64,000 nucleotides of DNA from the sequence record OR413578.1; one strand, given 5' to 3'. The notes under the pieces are model-generated. The model was not told the DNA's origin and ran no database searches. It saw only the letters and a list, made by a program, of their open reading frames with translations. Below are positions 1 through 8,726 of the stretch, one piece after another; position 1 is the stretch's first letter, and the number at the start of each line of letters is the position of its first letter. Position numbers and translations under genes: made by a program.

Positions 1-207
1 CCGATCGCCCTGGATAATAGTGTGACCCATCGTAATTCCGACCTCGGTCATGTAGACCACCGGGTCGGTCGGGTCACGTAGCAGGATTTGCCCGTCGGCG
101 TCCTGCACGTCTTGGAGCTGGTTCAGCATTAATGACTGCATTGCCGATGGGTTATGTGCCATCAGCAGCAAGTCTTTCGATAATGCGTCGTACGTTTTCG
201 TAGTCAT
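1..207 (-). CDS. 5' part of a conserved virion (probable baseplate) protein, truncated by window edge
   Basis: ATG at 207 overlaps the stop of the upstream minus-strand gene (TAATG); open to position 1 (MTTKTYDALSKDLLLMAHNP...LRDPTDPVVYMTEVG). Not in the ORF track. Product inferred from synteny. Confidence 0.5.
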   Translation of the reverse strand, partial: MTTKTYDALSKDLLLMAHNPSAMQSLMLNQLQDVQDADGQILLRDPTDPVVYMTEVGITMGHTIIQGDR

Positions 208-1469
208 TACAGTAAGCCCGCTCGTTTAAGGATGAATTGGTAATCTGCCTGATAAACATACCAGGTCAGTTTACGACGCAGGGAGTCGATGTGCGGATAG
301 CCGTAGTAGTTGAACAGCGGTAGTAGCTGTGGTGCAATCGGCACAAGCTGGTCTTCAGCAATCGGGATAAAGTTGCCCGCTGCAACACTCCCTGGTTGCG
401 GCATCATATCCGGGTTAAACATAGACACCGTCAAGTTGAACATCTCCATGTACAATGGGTCATCGAAGCGCGCCCCGATACATTGCCAGTTGAGGTTAAT
501 TGTGGTGTCGTCATTTAATTGAGGCTTGGTGTTGTCGACGTTCGCCATTTGACCGGCGTTATCGTTCATCGGCCAACAAACACACGCTGTCCAGAAACGT
601 GTGATGTTTCCGAGCGCGTCGTATTTAAACCCGTACATCCTCGACTGGTAGTCAATGCGGCGTTGGATGGAGTTACGCATCTTCGGTTTGAACTTACCCA
701 TCTTAATGCCGGACATATACTCCAGCCACACGCCCATCATTCGCATGATAGGGTTGCCGTATGGGTTGTTCAGCGACATCGACATACTGTACTGGTTATT
801 GATTTCATGTGTGGAGTCAACCATACCCCACTGTTCGCGCATTAAACCTTCTTCAGACATCCAGTTATCGACAGACTGGTCAGGCATCCCCGAGAGGCTC
901 AGCATCTGCGTACTCAGCAATGGTATGAATGCCTGAAGATTGTCAAACATAATGTCCTTCATGAATGGCGTGCCCAAACGGTTCTTTCTTCGCCCATCTT
1001 CCATCGGTGAATCAGAGAACCCCAATTCAAAATCTGGGTCTAACGCTGCCAGAATGGAATAGTCGAGTGACGATTTCGGCTGAGAAGCCATGTTCGACAT
1101 CTTGCGCGAGTTGGCAATGTTGTCAAAGCACAAGTTGAAGTCAGGGCGGGTAATGAAGGTTAGGCCACCGTACTCACGGTTAACAGGCGTCGGGTTCGAC
1201 GCCATCATATGGTTGAACCCCATGTAGGGGTTGGTCACACGCTGCGCAGCCAGACCCAAACCTAACGTAAGACGGATACGGTCATTCCAACCCGATAACT
1301 CATCATTAACGTTGTACGCCGTGGTGGGTTTCGCATCGGACAGTCGACGGTCAAAGTAGTCGGCGACCGATGGTACTGCATCGATATTATTCGGGTTTTG
1401 ATACGAATTGTCGTAGTCGGTATTCGGGTCATACCCCGGATCGTTCTTATCGGTCTCGTTACTCATCAT
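207..1469 (-). CDS. conserved phiKZ-like virion structural protein (420 aa)
   Basis: Long ORF, GGAG SD, adjacent to the head-protein block; product inferred from position only. Confidence 0.5.
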   Translation of the reverse strand: MMSNETDKNDPGYDPNTDYDNSYQNPNNIDAVPSVADYFDRRLSDAKPTTAYNVNDELSGWNDRIRLTLGLGLAAQRVTNPYMGFNHMMASNPTPVNREYGGLTFITRPDFNLCFDNIANSRKMSNMASQPKSSLDYSILAALDPDFELGFSDSPMEDGRRKNRLGTPFMKDIMFDNLQAFIPLLSTQMLSLSGMPDQSVDNWMSEEGLMREQWGMVDSTHEINNQYSMSMSLNNPYGNPIMRMMGVWLEYMSGIKMGKFKPKMRNSIQRRIDYQSRMYGFKYDALGNITRFWTACVCWPMNDNAGQMANVDNTKPQLNDDTTINLNWQCIGARFDDPLYMEMFNLTVSMFNPDMMPQPGSVAAGNFIPIAEDQLVPIAPQLLPLFNYYGYPHIDSLRRKLTWYVYQADYQFILKRAGLL

Positions 1470-1491
1470 TAACTCCGGAGTTTAGTTAAAA

Positions 1492-2610
1492 ATGGCAGAA
1501 AAAACATTTGAGACATCGCTCGTCTCCTTTCTTTCTAAGTTTCCCATGCTGCTTCGCCAGCGGGCGGAATCGACGGAAGAATTCAACTCTGTGCTGTACA
1601 ACGAGCACACCACGCTGGTTGAACAAAGTCTGTTGGGCTTAGATTACCTGCCAGGTATTCTGGAGAAAATCCAAATCCTGCTCGCGGGCAACCAACTTAC
1701 CGCCATCTCAATTCTGGTAGGTGTTCCTGAGGTTGATATCCTTGGTACGCTTGACCAGGTTAGCACCCGTCGTAATGCCCTCGATGCGGCTGCACGTTCG
1801 GGTTCTCGCTTAGCGTCTTTCGCAATCGGCGAGTCCTCCCGTCACACGCTGCCGTCATACGATAAAATCGGGCTTGCGGTCGGTGAATCCCGTCGCCAGA
1901 AATCCGATAACAAAGTAGCGACTGAATCATCCGCAGGTTCTGTGCTGCCGAACAACACGCTGAAGTTCCTGCATGATCAAGAAGGTCTGTCCAACGGTAA
2001 AGTGTTCTCTGTTACCTTCGAACGTGACGGTAATAAAGTCGAGCTGCCGATGCGTCTGCGTCTTGATGTGAAGTCTCTGCCAACCGATGAAATGAAGACG
2101 CTGATTGCGTTCAGCGATCAAACCAAAACCTTCTGGGAACGTGTGCTGCGTGCGAAGGTCGGTTCTCTCAGCTACGCGAAAGATATCGCGCTGTGCAATG
2201 ACCTCATTGAAGAATACCGTAAGAACCGCTTCCGTGATAAGTCCGGTTATTACCGTAAGATGATGGAAAAGAAAAACGCTAACTGGCTGTCTGGCCTGCT
2301 GACGCTGAGCCCATCCATCAACAACGCGTCTTCGGTTATGGTGGTTTCTCAAGAAACTATCGACGATCTGACTGCTCAGCTGGGCGGTGACTTCGATGAT
2401 TACAATATCCGCCAGCGTGTGTTCAAAGACACCCTGACTGTTTACTACGTGGTTGTCGACCAGACCTGGAACCGTGTAACCATTTATACGCGTGGTCAGA
2501 CCGGGTCTCAAGAACTCGACAAATCAGACTTTAGCAAGGCGAAGTCCGGTAGCGGCGATGTAAACAAAATCATCGATGCCTATCGCGTCGGCGCGAATCC
2601 GGTACTGTAA
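1492..2610 (+). CDS. internal head protein with cleavable propeptide (SPN3US gp50-like)
   Basis: AIGES, AVGES and VATES (ATE-145) motifs resemble prohead protease sites; synteny with the gp53/gp54-like pair. Confidence 0.6.
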   Translation: MAEKTFETSLVSFLSKFPMLLRQRAESTEEFNSVLYNEHTTLVEQSLLGLDYLPGILEKIQILLAGNQLTAISILVGVPEVDILGTLDQVSTRRNALDAAARSGSRLASFAIGESSRHTLPSYDKIGLAVGESRRQKSDNKVATESSAGSVLPNNTLKFLHDQEGLSNGKVFSVTFERDGNKVELPMRLRLDVKSLPTDEMKTLIAFSDQTKTFWERVLRAKVGSLSYAKDIALCNDLIEEYRKNRFRDKSGYYRKMMEKKNANWLSGLLTLSPSINNASSVMVVSQETIDDLTAQLGGDFDDYNIRQRVFKDTLTVYYVVVDQTWNRVTIYTRGQTGSQELDKSDFSKAKSGSGDVNKIIDAYRVGANPVL

Positions 2611-2620
2611 GGGGAAAAGA

Positions 2621-3553
2621 ATGCCGATTCCGAATATGTTGGCGATGTTGCTGCCGAGCTTCGAAGCCACGAACTTAAAAAATCAACTGTCATCTAACTG
2701 CGACTCGATTGCTGCGTTAGAGCCACAGTTCCAGAACCTCCAGGAACTGGTAGGAAGTATCCAGGGTAAGCCATTTAAAGCGAAGCCTGTTGCAGACCTT
2801 TCTACTGAAATCGTTAAGTACCTGCATAGCTCCGGTTTGGAAGTTAAAGGGTTACGTAACGCAAGTATGCTGGAGTACGTCATCGCGTCTATGCAGAACG
2901 TACAGGCGCTGCGACCTTTCCTGGAGCAGTGTATCGACCGCGACATCGGGAAGACGTTGGTGACATCATCTCTAACGTTCAACAAACAAACCGTGTTGCA
3001 GTTGCTGGATATGATCGAATTCTTCGTCGGTTACGCTAGCACCCTGATTAACTACATCACGGCCGAAGAGATTGCCGCTGTACAAGACTCGAACATTGCA
3101 GTGAAGGGAATCGGTCCGAAAGACCTTCAGTATCTGCAAACCCGTAAGACGTCTTTCTGTATTGCGGTGCGCGTCCTGGCAACCCCCATTACCAAACTGA
3201 AAGCAGACTACGCTGAGATACCTGAAGCGGTGTTTGACGAAGAGACATATAGCCAATTGGTTCAGCAGTTCGGTTCGAACACCACTGATCCACTGGGTAT
3301 GTCCTCCGTTCCGTTCCCGCTGTCAATTGTCTACCGCGTGCGTCTGAATATTGCAGAATGGCAAATGGATCGTTATGACGAGTGCGTGGAAGCCGCGAAA
3401 GCGACTGAGCTGCGTATTCTGTTGTACAAGAAACAACAGGCTGCCGGTGAAGGGGACGTGCACATTGAGAAACTCATCGAAGCACACGAAAAGCGCTTGA
3501 TGGAACTCAAGTACAAACGTGAACGTCTGGAGAAAAAATACGGTCTGGTTTAA
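2621..3553 (+). CDS. internal head protein (SPN3US gp51-like)
   Basis: Start moved to ATG 2621 behind AAGGGG SD; C-terminal coiled coil; synteny. Confidence 0.5.
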   Translation: MPIPNMLAMLLPSFEATNLKNQLSSNCDSIAALEPQFQNLQELVGSIQGKPFKAKPVADLSTEIVKYLHSSGLEVKGLRNASMLEYVIASMQNVQALRPFLEQCIDRDIGKTLVTSSLTFNKQTVLQLLDMIEFFVGYASTLINYITAEEIAAVQDSNIAVKGIGPKDLQYLQTRKTSFCIAVRVLATPITKLKADYAEIPEAVFDEETYSQLVQQFGSNTTDPLGMSSVPFPLSIVYRVRLNIAEWQMDRYDECVEAAKATELRILLYKKQQAAGEGDVHIEKLIEAHEKRLMELKYKRERLEKKYGLV

Positions 3554-3576
3554 GGCCGTATTATCAGGAGAGTCTC

Positions 3577-4134
3577 ATGTTTGACAATGACCAGAATTTT
3601 AACCTCGCCGAGAAGTTGATTAAAAACTACATGGCGAAACTGACCCAAAACCCCGTGCTGGTTCATGACGACGAGCTGATACATGAAACCCTGGAAGCTG
3701 CAGCCGTTGTGCTGCCGTATTTCCGCATGATGGGCGCTGACTCTGTCCAACAAGTATTATATGACGAATATCCGCAGGTCGGTTTTACGTTTAATACGTT
3801 TTATAACGAATCTGCATCGTTCATACTTGACGGTAAACGCCGTACAGTGTCAACAGGACAGTGGTCCGTTCTTCTGGTATCGTACATGAACGATATCCAC
3901 TCTACTAAGCAAGTAGAGCGAACCGGTTCCCTGGGCTCACGACTTCTTGCTGCGGCTTACGGTCGTAGTGGGCAAGTTCGCCGTATGGGAACTGCGCATC
4001 AGACGTACACGCCTGACCGGCGTCTATTATCTTATGCAGACCACGAACTGCTGGCACGTTGGTTGACACGTCCGAACGGGTTATCCGATATGATCTCGTC
4101 GTTAGCAGTGTTTTTAAAAATCGCACGTCCCTAA
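3577..4134 (+). CDS. head-associated protein (SPN3US gp52-like)
   Basis: AGGAG SD, 185 aa; synteny only. Confidence 0.45.
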   Translation: MFDNDQNFNLAEKLIKNYMAKLTQNPVLVHDDELIHETLEAAAVVLPYFRMMGADSVQQVLYDEYPQVGFTFNTFYNESASFILDGKRRTVSTGQWSVLLVSYMNDIHSTKQVERTGSLGSRLLAAAYGRSGQVRRMGTAHQTYTPDRRLLSYADHELLARWLTRPNGLSDMISSLAVFLKIARP

Positions 4135-4190
4135 GGGGGCCCCTTATCTAGGGGCGTGTAATTGGGTTATAACCAAAGGAACCGAAACAA

Positions 4191-5468
4191 ATGGCAAACT
4201 TTGTAAAAAGTAAACTCGCCCGCGAGTCCGTTGAAGCTACCGGCGACGTAATCGACGGTCTGAGCAACGTTGAACCGGCAGAAGAGAACATCGACGTTCA
4301 GCTGGCAGAAGTTGCGTCTATCGACGGTCAGCTGGAACAGCTCGATGGTGACCAGGAAACTCTGGCTGCTGATACCGAGCGTACCGAAGCTGCTATCGAC
4401 GCTGCTGACGAAAAAATCGAAAACGGTGAAGAGATGCCTGAAGAAGCCATCGCTCACACCGAAGTGGCGCAGGAATCTATCCGTAAACGTTGGGCTATCG
4501 ATCGTACCAAACTGGCACGCGAATCTTATCGCCGTGGCCGTGGCATGACCAAAGCAGCTCAGGAAGGCTGGAAAGAAACCCTGAAAGATCTGTTCGAACG
4601 CTTCGTTGAACTGTGTAAAGCAGTTATCGCGAAAGCGAAAGAGCTGAAACTGAAATACATCAACGTTGGTAAGTCCGCGCAGAAACGTGCGAAAGCTTAC
4701 CAGGAGATGCTGCGTAAGCTCGGCAAACAGAAGAAAGAAAACATTTCTGGTGGCTTTATTAGCAAACTGTCTATCGAAGGTGAATTCGATGTGGCCAACT
4801 CTATCGCTATCGCGAAAGAGCTGACCGGCGGTAAAGCGAAAGATGCTATCAACAAGCTGTCCTCTCAGGCGGCTGACTCTGCTGTAGCGATCGCCAAAAC
4901 TTCAGACGGTACCGCAACCGCTGCTAAAGGCGCTGTTGACGTTGCCCTGTTTGGTACCGCTGCGAAGAAACTGCGCGCACTGCCGCAATTCGAAGACGGC
5001 GAAGGCGGTCAGAAAGTTCTGGCACTGCCAGGCAACGCCTATGTACAGACCGGCAGCAAAACTCTGGCAGGCGGTCAGGAATTCACCGCAGTGGCCTTCC
5101 TGTCGACGGGTGACGTTTCTGAAACGAAAGAAATCGCTACTCCGGCTATTTCTGCACTGGCATCTGCTGCGTCTGCCCTGGACGTTATCGGTAAAGGCTT
5201 CGAGAAAGTCCTGCAAGACTTCCGCAGCTACGACGCTGACGTTGAGAAACTGGAAGAGGCTGCTGCCAAAGCTGCTGCCGCTCTGAAAAAATCCAACGAC
5301 GAAGGCGAGTGGGAAGCGCTGCGTAATGCACGCACTGCAGCTGACCAGGCTGTGCGTAACTACCAGACTCTGAACCGTGCTGTGGCTCACGTTGGTAACA
5401 CTGTTATCAGCGGCCTGAACGGCTACATCGGCGCTGGTATTGGCGCGTACGAAAAGTCTAAAGCTTAA
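4191..5468 (+). CDS. high-copy internal head protein, gp53-like (phiKZ gp93 family)
   Basis: Acidic propeptide with ARE-12, AQE-95, ARE-111, AQE-125; strong codon bias; paralogue of 5546..6805. Confidence 0.8.
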   Translation: MANFVKSKLARESVEATGDVIDGLSNVEPAEENIDVQLAEVASIDGQLEQLDGDQETLAADTERTEAAIDAADEKIENGEEMPEEAIAHTEVAQESIRKRWAIDRTKLARESYRRGRGMTKAAQEGWKETLKDLFERFVELCKAVIAKAKELKLKYINVGKSAQKRAKAYQEMLRKLGKQKKENISGGFISKLSIEGEFDVANSIAIAKELTGGKAKDAINKLSSQAADSAVAIAKTSDGTATAAKGAVDVALFGTAAKKLRALPQFEDGEGGQKVLALPGNAYVQTGSKTLAGGQEFTAVAFLSTGDVSETKEIATPAISALASAASALDVIGKGFEKVLQDFRSYDADVEKLEEAAAKAAAALKKSNDEGEWEALRNARTAADQAVRNYQTLNRAVAHVGNTVISGLNGYIGAGIGAYEKSKA

Positions 5469-5545
5469 TCCGCTTTACGTACTGAACGTCAGTTGACAAA
5501 TCATTAATGGCGGTACACGGCGTACCGCCTAGAGGATAGAAAAAG

Positions 5546-6805
5546 ATGGCTAACTTTGTAAAAAGTAAACTCGCTCGTGAATCTGTCGAAGGCGCAGGCA
5601 CTGTCGTTCCAGATGGTATCGAGCTGCCGGCTGAGTCCGTGGAAGGTACCCTGGCCGACATCGAGCATGACACCAAACCGATCGACCAGCTGGACGCAGA
5701 AGCAGACGTGCTGGCAGAAGACGGTGACGAAACTGATGCACAGCTGGATGCAGTTGATGCTGCTGAAGCCGCCGCTGATGGCGAAGGCGAAGATGGCGAA
5801 GAGCCAATGGAAGTGGAAGAAGATATGCCTGACGAAGCTGCTGAGCAGCTGGACGTTGCGCAGGAATCTATCCGTAAACGTTGGGCATTCGATCACCGCG
5901 TAAGCGTTGCGCAGGAATCTTACGGCGCACGTAAACGCCGTCAGGTTGCTCGTGAATCACTGTGGGACGACATCAAAGCGTTCCTGCAGCGTATCTTCGA
6001 CTGGCTGAAAGAACAAGGCCGTAAAATCAAAGATCGCTGGCTCAAGTTCAGCAACCAGGGTAAATCCATTCAGGCGCGCGCTAAGAAATATGACGCGGCT
6101 CTGCGTGGCCTGGGCAAGCAGAAGAAAGACACCGTTAGCGGTGGGTTCATTAAGAACCTGACCACCGGTGGTAAGTTTGTTGGTGACGACATCAACGTCC
6201 TGAAAGGTGTTCTGTCTACTATCGGCAGCATCTACGGCGAGCAGGAAGCAGTGGTCAAAGATGCAACCCGCATGGTCAGCTCAGTTGAAGGCGGCAAACT
6301 GAACAGCGGCTTCGCAGCAGCGGTTAACAAAGCCACTGCAGGCAAAGCGGGCGAAGTTCAACTGCTGGGTAACCAGATCGGTAAAGCTGACGTGAAAGTG
6401 AACGGGGATGACCTGGAAGCTTCCTTCACCGTTATCGATGCTGAAGGCAGCGTAGAAAAATCTGTTTCTACTCCGTCTGCTCAGACGCTGTCTTCTCTGG
6501 TTGCGTTCTTCAACCAGCTGGGTAAAGCAGTCGAAGAGAACGTGAAAGCGTACCACAAAAATAACCAGGCTCAAGAATCGTACGAGCGGGCTATTGAGGC
6601 GCTGCTGAAACGTATCGACGGCGTGAAGATCGACGACAACGCAGAACTGACTTCCAACGTCCGTGTTGCACGTCGTGCAATCACCGTTGCGAACCAGTAC
6701 ATCTCCTGGACCGAACGTTGCGTTGCAACCGGCCAGAAAAACCTGATCGCCGGCGTTAACGGCTACATCAGCGCTGGTATCGCTGCGTACGAAAAGTCTA
6801 AGTAA
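5546..6805 (+). CDS. high-copy internal head protein, gp54-like (phiKZ gp93 family)
   Basis: Acidic propeptide with AQE-107, AQE-124, ARE-137; first 15 aa identical to 4191..5468. Confidence 0.8.
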   Translation: MANFVKSKLARESVEGAGTVVPDGIELPAESVEGTLADIEHDTKPIDQLDAEADVLAEDGDETDAQLDAVDAAEAAADGEGEDGEEPMEVEEDMPDEAAEQLDVAQESIRKRWAFDHRVSVAQESYGARKRRQVARESLWDDIKAFLQRIFDWLKEQGRKIKDRWLKFSNQGKSIQARAKKYDAALRGLGKQKKDTVSGGFIKNLTTGGKFVGDDINVLKGVLSTIGSIYGEQEAVVKDATRMVSSVEGGKLNSGFAAAVNKATAGKAGEVQLLGNQIGKADVKVNGDDLEASFTVIDAEGSVEKSVSTPSAQTLSSLVAFFNQLGKAVEENVKAYHKNNQAQESYERAIEALLKRIDGVKIDDNAELTSNVRVARRAITVANQYISWTERCVATGQKNLIAGVNGYISAGIAAYEKSK

Positions 6806-6816
6806 TTAGACTGGCG

Positions 6817-6856
6817 AATCCCCCACTTCGGTGGGGGATTTACCTTTTCTTTTTTT
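6817..6856 (+). terminator. intrinsic terminator
   Basis: AATCCCCCAC-TTCG-GTGGGGGATT 10-bp stem followed by a T-rich tract. Confidence 0.85.
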
Positions 6857-6874
6857 GTCTCAGATTAGAAAAGA

Positions 6875-6940
6875 TTTCAGATATATATTACCTAGGTGAG
6901 ATTGCATTGGTAATCTTTTAACCGACTATCACTTAAGGAA
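6875..6940 (+). promoter_or_regulatory. early (virion RNAP) promoter + hairpin leader, copy 1
   Basis: TTTCAGATATATATTACCTAGGTGA contains the phiKZ early motif TATATTAC (6884-6891); stem 6898-6905/6910-6917; AACCGACTATC box; TAAGGA SD. Confidence 0.75.
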
Positions 6941-6941
6941 T

Positions 6942-7703
6942 ATGAAAATGAAAACTATCAATCTGCTTACTCTGGCTAATGGCTCTATCGAACGTAGCGA
7001 AGACGACGGTGCTATCCTGCAAGCAACCAACGGCTTTAAAATTATACTGTCCCCAATTCAATTCACCGGCTTACAAGTCTGGCTGCGCGAAATCAACAAA
7101 CGCAAACTACCGCGCCGTATGGCGGTTGGCGACCTGCTCTTTACACTGGATAACGTTGACGGTGTTAAACCGGAACTGTACGAAGTTCAGTACAAAGCCG
7201 CAGTCGATACACTGCGACTGAAGAAAGGGGAAGAAATCAAATTCATTCCGGTGACCTATAATGGCAACAATTACCTGCAGATGGAAGACACCCCGTTCGC
7301 TGCGCACGTCACTGACACCGCCGTTGAATTGGTCATTGCCTTTGGTCTGGTTGCGACTCCGGCGGTACTGGAAATCAGCGAAGACCCACTGCAAGATTTC
7401 GGTACGCTGTTCGATACCATGCTGGGTGGCATGAAGGTCGGGAATATCACCAAGGTCATCCGCCGTATTCCGATTCTGAATGCGCAGCCGAAAGTGATGA
7501 CCCTGGCAGAAAGCGTGATGGAACACCCGGAGCTGACTGCTGAAGAAATTCAGGCGCAAGAAGACGCAATTGAAGAAGAACGTCAGAACGCCCAGCGTGA
7601 AGCCATGAAGCCGTTCCGTGGTTTCCTGGATGCTATCTTCGACTGTGCGAACTCGCTGATGAAACCAGTTGAAGTGAAAACCGCTGAAGAACCAGCAGCG
7701 TAA
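6942..7703 (+). CDS. hypothetical early protein (253 aa)
   Basis: Behind early promoter and SD; no recognised motif. Confidence 0.7.
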   Translation: MKMKTINLLTLANGSIERSEDDGAILQATNGFKIILSPIQFTGLQVWLREINKRKLPRRMAVGDLLFTLDNVDGVKPELYEVQYKAAVDTLRLKKGEEIKFIPVTYNGNNYLQMEDTPFAAHVTDTAVELVIAFGLVATPAVLEISEDPLQDFGTLFDTMLGGMKVGNITKVIRRIPILNAQPKVMTLAESVMEHPELTAEEIQAQEDAIEEERQNAQREAMKPFRGFLDAIFDCANSLMKPVEVKTAEEPAA

Positions 7704-7705
7704 AT

Positions 7706-7729
7706 ATTACGTTAGCCTGAAACCGTATG
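7706..7729 (+). promoter_or_regulatory. bipartite WTTAC-N15-TATG promoter (middle/late type)
   Basis: ATTAC 7706, TATG 7726; same spacing at many other intergenic sites (see findings). Confidence 0.55.
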
Positions 7730-7761
7730 TAATCGACCATTAATCTTAAGGAGTATTTATA

Positions 7762-8307
7762 ATGAAACGTGTCAATCTTAAAGATATTATTAGCGTAAGT
7801 AACGATAAATCATCGCCCCTTTGGGATGAGGTTACTACGCTGCAATTTAGTACCAGTGTCATGACAATCCCACGTCCAGTTATGATTGGTCTGGGCGTAT
7901 TCATTTTAGAATGCGACCGTCGTTCAGCAGGCACGCACATCCTAACGTACGGTGGGTACGAGTTTGTCGTCGAAAGCGAACTTAACAAACATTGCTCAGA
8001 GGGCATCATCGGTCTTTGGAAATACTTAATCGATGCGGGATTGTCCGACATGTCTAAAGTCTGTAGTCACGATTACGGTAAGTTGGAACATTTTGTTCGT
8101 CGTAACGGTGAGCGTGTTCCGGTGACGATTGATGGTTACCAGACCAAAATGGTCACCGCGCCTTACAGCGCTGAGGGGATACGTGCAACGCTTTACATTC
8201 GCCAGACGCTCGTACGTGATGACCTGTTAGACGAAGCAGAGCAAACTCTACATGGTCGTGTTGTGAACCTCGCACCGTCTTACGACGCGCAGCGTATGGT
8301 TCAATGA
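7762..8307 (+). CDS. hypothetical protein (181 aa)
   Basis: TAAGGAG SD preceded by AATCGACCATT box. Confidence 0.7.
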   Translation: MKRVNLKDIISVSNDKSSPLWDEVTTLQFSTSVMTIPRPVMIGLGVFILECDRRSAGTHILTYGGYEFVVESELNKHCSEGIIGLWKYLIDAGLSDMSKVCSHDYGKLEHFVRRNGERVPVTIDGYQTKMVTAPYSAEGIRATLYIRQTLVRDDLLDEAEQTLHGRVVNLAPSYDAQRMVQ

Positions 8308-8313
8308 TTTAAT

Positions 8314-8343
8314 AAGGTGGTCTAACAAGCCACCTTCTTTTTT
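8314..8343 (+). terminator. intrinsic terminator
   Basis: AAGGTGG/CCACCTT stem followed by a T run. Confidence 0.6.
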
Positions 8344-8351
8344 GGGATTGT

Positions 8352-8726
8352 GTGATGACCGATAAATTTAAATTTGAGATGACGCCAGAAACCGCAAACG
8401 TAGAACCGCAGATTCGCCTCCGTGTACGAGATGACGAATACTGTCTAGCGATAGTTGAAGAAGACCTGGCAGAGGCCTTGCTGCTGCTCGGCGACAGGGA
8501 ATGGCTTGGCACGCTAACTATTAGGCTTAAGAGGCCGTTGGTTGGTGGTGGGATGTTTGCAGGATGCTGTACGAACAGTCTGTTGGTCGAAGTGGATGCC
8601 AGAACGGTATCACTGTCGGTGATTCTGGACTATCCGGTGACATTCTCGTATAGCCGTCTTGAATTTAGTCGCTATTTACGTCACGCAATGAAAGAATTAT
8701 CTAAAGCCCGTAGGAGCAAACCGTGA
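8352..8726 (+). CDS. hypothetical protein (124 aa)
   Basis: ORF overlapping the DHFR start (GTGA). Confidence 0.6.
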   Translation: MMTDKFKFEMTPETANVEPQIRLRVRDDEYCLAIVEEDLAEALLLLGDREWLGTLTIRLKRPLVGGGMFAGCCTNSLLVEVDARTVSLSVILDYPVTFSYSRLEFSRYLRHAMKELSKARRSKP

